Positions 1 through 9,163 of a stretch of 64,000 nt of DNA are shown here, piece by piece (positions within the stretch are counted from its first letter, which is position 1; each line of letters starts with the position of its first letter). Below the pieces are notes generated by a model, which had not been told where the DNA came from, ran no database searches, and saw nothing but the letters and a program-made list of their open reading frames with translations. Origin of the DNA: Monocercomonoides exilis PA203 (Eukaryota; Protista; Preaxostyla); assembly GCA_001643675.2 (NCBI GenBank), contig LSRY02000053.1:310001-374000 (forward strand), read 5' to 3'. Made by a program: the position numbers and the translations under genes.

Positions 1-1245
1 GGAAGAGGGTATTTTGATGATTCAGGTAGTTTGCGAAGAACCGGACCGAACGTGTTATGAAGGACTCCGCTTTGTTTAAAAGCATTTTTAATGACAGAAG
101 GAGTGAAAGCGGAGTGAATTGCTTGAGGAAGCACGTCGACAAGTGCTTTTCTCGAAGCAGACGATGAAGTTGACGATGGAGCATCAAATGATGAAGAATG
201 AGAAGTTTTGATAATCGCAAATACTCCTCAATCGAGTAGCTGAGACAAATGAGTATTGTGGGGGATGAATGATACGACATCTATGTTATTTTCTGAGGAG
301 GTTTACCAAATTGTGGGATCACCGCGTGAAGGATGAGAGTCGATGAAAAAAAGGCATTTCTCTGTTTCCAGTGACATGCGCTTTCTCCTTTCAACGATGG
401 AAGGGAGAAGAACTGTTTCTGTATATTTTTTGAAGTTTTTCTTGTCCATCCAGCCACTTTTGTTAGGCCAGATGTCCAGAGTCGGAGAGAGAAGAAGCTT
501 AAGTTCGTCCGGTTGTTTTTCACTTGGCAAGAGAATGATGCAAGGCAATGAATAACCATCTGCAGCCGCGGCAGCAACAAGTGTTGCATTGTCCATTCTT
601 TGTGCTTCTTAGCAATACCCACATCTTTGTCCAAATAGATGGATGACTTCGATATTGGCAGAAGAAGGAAAACGCAAAGATGACTCATCAACGTTAAATA
701 TAAATGAAGGTGTATGATGATTTTTTTCGTGCAAATCTGTAATCGTGTTATACCAAGGCTTCATCACACTCTTTCAGGAAACAGCCAGTCGATTTATGTC
801 CAAACTTTTTGGTTTGCTCTTCGTCAACTCAGGATGCAGCATCAAAAACCCGGACGCCGCAGCATTTGAAACTGTAATATGTGGCTCGTTTTCTTCTTTT
901 GTGTCGTTTATAACATTTTCCATCTAAAGAAAAAATGTTATTGTCACAATAAAAAACTTGAGCAAACCAATTCTCTTGTTTTCTTCATTGTTAAACTGCT
1001 CCCACAAATAGAATCAATTTTTTCACATCAAGATCGGTTTCTTCCTTCTCTATGCTGATTTCCTGTGGTCTCCCAGATTTTCCAACTTCCCTTTTAGCTC
1101 GCAACGCCCGAACTGCGTTTTTAATACTGCTTCGGCTGAATTGCTTAGAATTGATGGCGTCTGTAATCCTGACGACGCCACCATACACGATGTGTTCCAT
1201 TCGTTCTAATTTATTCTTGTGCTTTCTGTAATGAAAAGATAACAT
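1..1245 (-). mobile_element. Decayed pogo/Tigger-like (DDE_1, CENP-B-like) DNA transposase pseudogene
   Basis: Minus-strand fragments read PWYNTITDL...PSFIFNVDESSLRF (first Asp), DGYSLPCIILLP...SGWMDKKNFKKY...LFFIDSHPSR (second Asp) and SFIPHNTHLSQLLD*GVFAIIK (third Asp, PHxTHxxQPLD-like). A basic HTH-like N-terminus with GKSGRP lies at 991-1245. Several stops and frameshifts. Confidence 0.85.
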
Positions 1246-1877
1246 GGCATGCTTTAATTTGTCTGCCCTGCTTTTCTTTTTTCTTCAACAAGGATTTTCA
1301 TTATTTATTTTAAGGTTTTGATCTAATTTTCATTTTTTAAAAAAAATTGAATTTCAAAAAAAAGAATTTATTTTGAATTAACTAAGTGGCTTTACACCCC
1401 TTGAAACCAACCAATTTCTCGCGGAAGCTTGATGGAATGTTTTAAACCCCCCCCCCCCCATTAGAAATAGGCTTCATTAAAAAAAACATTTTAAAAATGC
1501 ATTACAGATTCCTTTTATACAAAAAATCAAGTTATAATTTCAAAAAGTTGGATATGAAACTTTAGCAATAAAAAAAAGGTCAGAGTGAAAAAAAGGTGGT
1601 GGTTTAAAAATAACCCTTTCAAGGGCTCAGTCGTTCAAGTGAAGAACTAGCGGTGAATAGCAAAATAAGAATTAGGAATAAAAATAATCGGAATTAAAAA
1701 TTTACAATTGATGTGCAAAAACAAAGTGCACAAGGTGATGTTGATTCGTTGCAATAAACAATTAAAAAATGAAAGAATTGGACAAATTTTGCCAAACATA
1801 TCTCATTTCCAAAGGGTGGGAAGAGTTTCACTCGTGGTGGGAAAAGAGGTGTTGAAGTTTCAGATTGTTCTCGGCGA

Positions 1878-1948
1878 ATTAAAATGCAAAGCCTTTTTAT
1901 TCTTAAGAGCAATCGTTGAACTTCAACACCTCCTTATTTTGGGAGTGA
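1878..1948. repeat. Inverted repeat of the DIRS-like element (3'-side copy)
   Basis: Reverse complement of 5865-5935 with 4 mismatches in 71 bp (attaaaatgcaaagcc...ttttgggagtga). Confidence 0.9.
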
Positions 1949-1974
1949 AATAGTTGGGATTTCCTTCTTTCAAA

Positions 1975-3183
1975 TTAAGCTCCGACTCCAATCATTGTAT
2001 TCAGAATTGCAACTGCTCCTTCCTGATTTCTTTCCACAAGAATCTCTTCGTGATCAAGGTTTTCTTCTCCAGGTTCTTCAACCTTGTTGGGGAATATTGT
2101 CTCTCCTTCAGAGGCCTTTGGAAAATTCGAAGATGCAGTTTGCACAGGTTGAGCAGAATTATTTCTATCCTGCAAGCACAGTTGGCTTTGAAGTTTCCTG
2201 TTGACGCACGTTGACAACAAAGTATCTGCCATTCTTGAAGCTAAATTTGCTTTGAAGTATGAACGAGTTGGAGCGTGTGATGTTGGGGACATTCGTGCGT
2301 GTCTTGCAACCATTGCTTCAGGCACTCCTTTGGACAATAGTGCTGAAATAGCTGCATGCTTGAGAGTGTAAGGTCGATATTAACCTGGAATCCCAATCTG
2401 AGTCATTCCAAGGCGGGCCAACTTACGAATTCCTTCTGTCTTAAGCGGAGTGTGCTGTACCGTGTTGAGTAAAAATGTGTCTCTATTTTCATAAGCAGTC
2501 ATAACTCTACACCAAAGTGATTTGACAGCTCTTCCTGGGCAAACCTTTTCGTCCGTGCTTTTCAAAATTGGAACCGTTATATATGAGGGCGAAAGAGCTG
2601 TCTTTAAATTCGTGAATAGGTGAATGGAATCCTCTTGTATAACCGATTGGCTCATGGATATTCTTTCCATCTTGCGGAAGCGGCATGCAGTGAAAATGAT
2701 TAACAGGATTATGCATTTAACTGTCAGATCGAAGAACAATAATTACTCATTTGGAGGCATGCAATTGTTATAGTCAAATAGAATTGAAGGAGACCACATT
2801 GATGCGTGCGGTTTCTTTGGGATGTGAGATCGATGAAACGATCGGAATAATGTCTCTATCAGTGGGACTTGCCCCAGGTTTTCTCCGTAACTGATTCTTG
2901 TGAACAGCGAGACCGCGGATCTCGCTGTACAAAGACATGAATATGGAAAACCTTTATCTCTCAACTTTATGAAAATGTTAGCACAGATCTGGGACCAATC
3001 GCTGAATTCCTTCGGAAAGTCTCCATATCCCTCTTCCTCCAACGCCTGTGAGAAATGTGCAAAGCCGAACGTGAACGAAGACCAAGTTGTGGAAGCGACA
3101 CTATTCCGAGACTCAAAGATAATTAGATCAGAAACATTGAACCTTTTTCGCCCGCGCGTTTACCATTCCTCCCCGATTTCCAT
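1975..3183 (-). pseudogene. Tyrosine recombinase (integrase) ORF of the DIRS-like element, three internal TAA stops
   Basis: One frame from ATG 3183 through track ORFs 2743-3042, 2380-2739 and 1975-2337. N-terminal core-binding-like region (YSCLCTARSAVS...MWSPSILFDY), then LTVKCIILLIIFTACR (catalytic Arg), NLKT, VCPGRAV, RPYTLKHAAISALL and PTRSYF (catalytic Tyr). Confidence 0.85.
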
Positions 3184-5113
3184 CACCTATTTAGTCTCCC
3201 CGCAATGTAACCTCCTGGTGAGAGAAATGCTCGTGTTCTCATAGAGTTTGTTCCTGGTTGAAGAGAAGCTTGCGAATTCTTCCAATATACGAACTGTGTC
3301 ATCATTCTTTTCAACAGAGGTGTCCAGATTTGATCTCTCCAGGCTGGTGTGAGAATAACTGCTCTAGCTCTCTCTCTCCAAATCTTTCTCAGACTCGGAA
3401 GGATAAGCGGAACGGGGGGATGCACTAGAGTCACTGCGTATTACAAACTTACGGTCAATCCGTCCTCTGCGAAAGGAATTCCTGGTCCAGACGAAATTTG
3501 TGATTTGTTGTTTCCCTAACTTGCAAATGCATCCTGCTCTATTTCGACATTCAACTGCTTCTGAACCTCCTCCATTCCATTCCGTGTGATCTGGTAGTCT
3601 CCTGATCTTTCTAGCCTTGATAAAGAATCTGCAACACTGTTCAAAACACCTGGAAGATGAATCACTTTCACGTTGATCCCCATCTGGAGAATTGCTCGTC
3701 TGATCTTTCTTACGATACAGATAAATTTTCTTCTTGCAGCCCAGCGGTTTATGTTAAAGACAACGCTTTAGCTGTCTAATCTTCGAAGAAGATTCTTCAT
3801 CATGTCTATTTTGATATAGGGATCGAAATGGTTGAGAGAAAGGAGAACTGCCAATGTTTCCCTGAAATTTTAACTTTGCGAAATGAATCTTCGATTGTTT
3901 GGCTGATGATAATGGAAACATGTTCCGTTGACTTCAAGGATGGATTCACATTCCCGAGGAGCTGCATCTGTTGTTAATATTGCATCTGACATTGAGAAAA
4001 TTTCCAAATCTCTTTTTTCCACCTTTTTTAAGCTTGATTCCCAGAATGAGATTTGTTTGAAAACTCCGTAATTATTTGCGAATTCTCCATCCCATCCATT
4101 TTCTCGAACAATTCTGTTTTGCAGAGCGTTCGATCTACTCATTTGAAGCCCTGCATCTTTGCACACAAATCGCACTGCGCTTATTGAACCGATGAATGAG
4201 GCATAGTCTCGTGTTTTCACTATCACTCCAATTTTTACCTTTGTCATCCACCGCTAACACAAATTGCTTTATGCCTTCCTTCTGTTCATTTCCAATGCAA
4301 CTGTCATCTATGTTGTTCTCCAAGTCCAACCCTAGAAGTCGAAGACTAGTTTCGGAGTTTCACTGCTCTTTTCCACATTGACAATAAGTCCCAGCTCTGC
4401 AAACCATTTTATCACTTTGTTTGTTGCTTCTACCAGATTGATTGGATCTTGGTGGATAAGGACAACATCGTCAAATGTGCCATGCATTTTTCATCCGATT
4501 GATCTCTGATTCCTTGTAATACATTTTTCATCAGTCGCGTGAAGATTCGTAGAGCATCCTTGTTCCCGAATGGCATCCCGCGAAAGGCGAATGTTTCTTC
4601 GTGAAAGGAAAAGGCGAAAAACGGAACGAACACATCATGAACCAGGATGAGGAAGAATGCTTGGGAAAAATCTAATGTGGTGGCGAAATCGTTGTGCTCC
4701 GATAATCTTTCGACTGTCCGGTGGTCTTCCATTTTGAAATGGATATTCTTCACAGTGGCATTTAACGGATGGCTGTCCAGTATTTGTCGGTATTTTCCAT
4801 CTTTTTTTGGGATGAAAAACATGTTGCTCAGACAACGCACCTTCTTCCTGCCTATTTTTGAAATGACACCTGTTGCTAAACCTTCTCTTATCCAAGCGGA
4901 ACAGGCTTACTCTTCCTTCTGACCTCCGAGGAAGCCCTTGTTCATTTGAACTTCTCTCATCAGTTTGTCCTTTGCCCGCTTTCCCTTCCAGACCGGGCAT
5001 ATTCCTTCCGATATTGCATTTGTGACCACGGTCTTCTTCCACTCCGCGGAGAACATTCAAATTCTTCCGCCAACTATTGCTTCTTTCCCCACGCTTTCCT
5101 GGAAAATGTTCAT
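3183..5113 (-). pseudogene. pol ORF: reverse transcriptase, RNase H and DIRS methyltransferase-like domain
   Basis: MNIFQ...VGGRI*; RT motifs NMFFIPKKDGKYRQILD, HFKMED, TTLDFSQAF, GMPFG; the YxDD-type motif is broken by a 1-nt frameshift near 4472. RNase H motifs LTTDAA, NFRETLAV, LDS*SVVFNINRW, HLPGVLNSVADSLSR. MT-like motifs DAFAS, DGL, HPP, LTPAWRDQIW. Ten internal stops. Confidence 0.9.
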
Positions 5114-5874
5114 GGTCGAGGCCCGCAGCAGCGGGCTTGAACGCGAAAAAATTTTGTTCTCGTTATCCATCTTTTTGGTTGTGATTTCGGTGATGAGCGT
5201 TTGGCTTCAAGAATAGGCTTGATGATTTCGAGTTTGTCACTGGTAATATGAGGATCTTCTGATCCGTCCTTAAAAACGCGGGCAGCTTTGAAACCATATT
5301 CCGCCTGAATGCGGGAATGTCTTGCCTCTTGCAACGTGTTAATGATCATAAGCACCGCATCAGTTAGTCGATCCAGTTGCGAATCTCCCTCATCCTGTAG
5401 TAAAATCAGCGCCTTTAGAGCAGGGAATAAATATTGCTCCACTCTCCAACCGCTTGAGTCCAAGGCATCCTTTATCCAATTTGAAGATCTTGAATGGGCA
5501 TGCGTTTGCGATGGGATGAATGGGACAAATGATAAAGATTCATATGCATTCCTGGTCTCCTTAACGTCTGCGCGATCAAGCTGAAAATTAAATATTGGAG
5601 CAGACACAGCTTCACCGAAGAGTTCTGTAGACAATGTTGCAAGTTTGTTTGTTGACGGAATAACTTGTGACTCGCTGTGACTTTGGCTTGATTGAGTCTG
5701 TGAGATGGGAGATGTTGAGCTACTTGTGGAGTTGGATTGAGATAGATCCAAGCTGCCCGTTGATCCACCCGCAGAGAATATACTGCTTGGTTCAGACGCA
5801 GGTCCAAAATTAGTAGCTTCAATTTCCATTAATCTGTTGAAAGACCGAGCCCTTAATATGGAGCTCACTCCCAA
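5110..5874 (-). CDS. gag-like ORF1 of the DIRS-like element (first ATG at 5829)
   Basis: Open 254-codon frame between the 5' inverted repeat and pol. Ser-rich N-terminus, helical middle (LQEARHSRI), basic C-terminus. Assigned mainly by position. Confidence 0.65.
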   Translation of the reverse strand: MGVSSILRARSFNRLMEIEATNFGPASEPSSIFSAGGSTGSLDLSQSNSTSSSTSPISQTQSSQSHSESQVIPSTNKLATLSTELFGEAVSAPIFNFQLDRADVKETRNAYESLSFVPFIPSQTHAHSRSSNWIKDALDSSGWRVEQYLFPALKALILLQDEGDSQLDRLTDAVLMIINTLQEARHSRIQAEYGFKAARVFKDGSEDPHITSDKLEIIKPILEAKRSSPKSQPKRWITRTKFFRVQARCCGPRP

Positions 5875-5935
5875 AATAAGAAGGTGTTAAAGTTCAACGA
5901 TTGTTCTTAAGAATTAAAAGGCTTTGCATTTTAAT
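5865..5935. repeat. Inverted repeat of the DIRS-like element (5'-side copy)
   Basis: tcactcccaaaataagaaggtgtt...ggctttgcattttaat pairs with 1878-1948 at 67/71 positions. Confidence 0.9.
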
Positions 5936-6143
5936 ATTTTTTTGAATGATTTACCATTAATAAAAAAATAAAAAGCTAATAAAGCATAACACGAGCAGCA
6001 ACACAAAACCAACACTCAACAATTGATCAAAAGATCGTTAAATATAAAGAAGAGAAGAAAAAGAAGATTAAGCAACAACAAGAATATGGAAATCATAATA
6101 GAACAGATAAAACAGTCATGGAATTACATCAGTCATCTGTCGC

Positions 6144-7778
6144 TTAAGCGAACACAGCCTTCATTTTGTGTGCCATATTGTTCATTTTCTCTTTTGCATC
6201 GTCCTTCATGTCGGTTGCCCCTTGTTTCATATCATCAACTTTCCCATTGACTTTGTCTTTCATTTCTTCGTACTTTTCGTTAATGCTGTCTCTCACATTT
6301 TTGGCGCGTTCTTTGACAGCTTCCTTTGCATCCTCGACCATATCTTCTGCTTTGTCCTTCATGTTTCCAAGTGTTCCCTTCACGCCCTCTTTCATTGATT
6401 CTGCCTTCTCTGAGACACCTTCTTTGATCCCTTCCTTCATGTTGTTCAGCTTCTTCTGCACAAAATTCATTGACTTGCCAGCTTTGCCTTCAACAGCTTC
6501 CTTCATGTTGTGGGCCCCATCTCTCATGTTTTCCATTTTGTCTGCCATCATTTCCTTTGCGTTGCCCATCTTGTCCTTCATGTCTTCCTTCATGTTGTTC
6601 ATCTTATGTCCTGCAACGTTCTTCATGTTGTGTGCACCTTCCTTCATGTCTCCCATTTTATCGGCCACAGTGTCCTTCATATTGACCATTTTCTCTTTCA
6701 CATCGTCTTTGACATTCTCCATCTTCTTTTCGGCCATGTTTTTCGCAATTTTGGCTCCACCTTTCACAACGCCGTCTTGGCTCAAAATCTTCACATCCTT
6801 CACTCCGTCTTTGACTGCAGATACTTTGTCTTCAACTTTGTTCTTCATGTGTTGTGCTCCATCCTTCAAATCACCAACGACATTCATCATCTTGTCTTTT
6901 GCATTTCCCATTTTGTCTTTAACTTCATCTTTAACATTTTCCATTGTGTTAACTGTTGCATCCTTCATTCCTTCTTTCATTTTTCCCATCTTTTCTTCTG
7001 CTTTGTTCTTTATGTGGCGAGTACCTTCTTTCATGCAATCCATCTTTTTCTCTGCTGTGTCTTTCGCGTTTTCCATTTTTTCTTTCATTTCATCTTTCAT
7101 GTTTCCCATCTTATCTTCGGCCTTGTTCTTCATGTTTTTTGCTCCTTCTTTCATGTTATCCATCTTATCCATAGCAACATCTTTTGCTTCTCCCATTTTG
7201 TTTTCCATTCCATCTTTCACATCGACAACTTTGTTCATCACTTTGTCCTTGACATTTCCCAAGATATCCATCATTACATCTTTAGCATTTCCAATCTTGT
7301 CCATCATCGTATCCTTTGCGTCACCCATTTTGTCCTTCATGTCATCTTTCATATTTCCCATCTTATCAACAACAGTATCCTTTGCATTTTCCATCTTTTT
7401 TTCTGCTTTGTCCTTCATTTCACTGGATGATTTTTTCACGTTATCCATCTTGTTTGACATTTTTTCCTTTGCATCTTCCATTTTATCTTTCATGTTTGAC
7501 AATTGATGATCGACCATGGCTTTCATTTCGTTCTTTTTATTTTCTGAATTGTCTTCATCCTCATTCATCTTATGAGTAAACGTATCAGTAATTGAGTTTT
7601 TCATATTTCCAAGTTTTTCTTTCATCATGCCCACAAATGAATGTTCATTGTCATCCGTTGCAGCAACGGCTGAATGATCAAATATGAACACAAAACAAAG
7701 AGCCTGCAAAATTCAAAGTAAAAATATAAAAAGATAATAATAAAATAGACAAACTGCTAAATACACAGAAAACGCCAT
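6144..7778 (-). CDS. LEA (group 3)-like Met/Lys/Asp-rich repeat protein with predicted signal peptide
   Basis: Exon 1 7778-7755 (MAFSVYLA), 51-nt GT-AG intron 7754-7704, then ALCFVFIFDHSAVAA. The body is about 40 degenerate 11-mer and related repeats (KDKMGNAKDTM, EKKMENAKDTA), highly hydrophilic with almost no Pro, Trp or Cys. Confidence 0.75.
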
Positions 7779-7934
7779 GTTAACAGCTCAATAAAAACAA
7801 AAAAATGCAAGATGTGCATGATTGATTTCGGTATTTATCCTGCAAAATTTGAATTTCCCGCTTTAACAAGAATCTCAGATCACAAAAAAGTATAATATTA
7901 TTTTTCTTCAATATTTTTATTTATCTCTTTTTCA

Positions 7935-8596
7935 ATGTCCACAGCGCAAGATATGATATTTAATTTAAAATTAACGAGCAAGCAATTTATGAGAGCATCA
8001 AAAAAAGCTGAAAAGCGAAGCAAAGCAGAAAAATTAAAAATCAAAAAAGCTATTCAAGACGGAAATCCAGAAGGAGCTCGAATATATGCTGAAAATGCAA
8101 TAAGAGAACACAAATGCTCAACAACATTTATGGGGTATTCATCGAAAATGGATGGATTGGCCTCTCGTTTGAGGATGCAATCTGGAATGAATTCCATGAT
8201 AAAGACAGTGGAAGGCTTATGTCAAGGACTGCAATCCGCGTCAGAAGCAATGGACATGAAGAAAGTAAATCAAGTTATGAAACAATTTGATACACAAATG
8301 GATCATATTGATACAGTTGAAAAAGTTGTCATGGGCGAAATGGACGCTCATGCAGAAACTCAAATTGACAGAGTTTGCAATTTCATTTTTGCACAACAAT
8401 GATTTGTATATTTAATCATTTTATAAAGACTGCAGTTGATCAGTTAATTTCACAGGTTGCAGCAGAACACCAACTTGCTCTTGATGGCGAATTTGCTGGA
8501 ATGAGAACTGCTGCTCCAGTAACAGTTCCGAAAGCTGCCAGCACTGTCCCTGAAGATGACATAGATGATAGATTGGCAAAGCTTCTTAGTAATTAA
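7935..8596 (+). CDS. CHMP1: ESCRT-III subunit CHMP1/Did2/Vps46 (Snf7 family)
   Basis: IFNLKLTSKQFMRASKKAEK...KIKKAIQDGNPEGARIYAENAIR; 56-nt intron 8373-8428; second exon VDQLISQVAAEHQL ending in a MIM1-like DDIDDRLAKLL. Confidence 0.93.
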
Positions 8597-9163
8597 ATTA
8601 TTCGAACTTTCTTTATTCGATATCTCCATTGCTTTTCTCCATTTCTCATACTCACTCTCCCTGTCTATTTTTTTTTTTTTTTTGATCAAATTTCTTTGTG
8701 GTCCTTTCTGTTTTTTCAATGAAAAATTAGTTTTGTTCGCCATTAGCATTCATTTCTTGGTTAATTTTTGTTTTTTTGTTTTGATTTATCATTTACATTT
8801 GGAATTTGTGAAAGATTAACAAATAGTCAAAATTTTGAAAAAATCGTTTTTTCAAAAAATAGCTTTTTTCATTTAAAAAACATTATTATATTAACCTGTC
8901 CATTTATGTCTGTTTTTATTTCTTCTCATTCGAAAAGTGCAGAAAGTTTTTTTCTTTATCCAACAAAAATTATAGAAAAGCAGTTGTTGCAGCAGTTTTT
9001 CTGTCTTTTTCTGATTCATTAATAAACTTTTCGTTTGATGATATTTCATCTCTTTTTCACAAAAGAGTTTTCAATTAAGAATAGAAAACAAATTTCCAGA
9101 ATTTTTATTACATCCGCATATTCGATCTGTGAATTTGGAAAGAATTTTAAAAAACGGAGTAAA

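Larger units (their letters stand above)
1826..5935 (-). mobile_element. DIRS-like tyrosine-recombinase retrotransposon, decayed
   Basis: Domain order gag, RT, RNase H, methyltransferase-like, tyrosine recombinase, flanked by a 71-bp inverted repeat (1878-1948 vs 5865-5935). The 3' boundary is uncertain (1878, 1826, or as far as ~1625). Confidence 0.9.

Noticed and set aside
1395-1625. Short inverted matches (cccttgaaa and ttttaaacc) as a possible TIR of the pogo-like element
   Set aside because: The matches are short and the other end of the element lies outside the window, so a TIR or TSD cannot be confirmed.
4635-5060. 141-aa alternative-frame ORF overlapping the RT
   Set aside because: No ATG start or recognisable motif. 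It could be a relic of an overlapping DIRS frame, but one decayed copy cannot support that.
1975-5113. Idea that the DIRS-like element uses an alternative genetic code (TAA/TAG = Gln, as in some oxymonads), since 12 of 13 internal stops are TAR and gag and pol end in TGA
   Set aside because: The Gln-rich gag has no TAR codons, one TAG sits where the RT F-L-G motif needs Leu, there is an internal TGA, and the catalytic YxDD region is frameshifted. Ordinary decay explains it better, and host genes here end in TAA.
6166-7506. 446-aa and 306-aa plus-strand ORFs antisense to the LEA-like gene
   Set aside because: Shadow frames caused by the repetitive ATG/AAA/GAT codon content of the real gene. 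The F/S/I-rich translations have no independent support.
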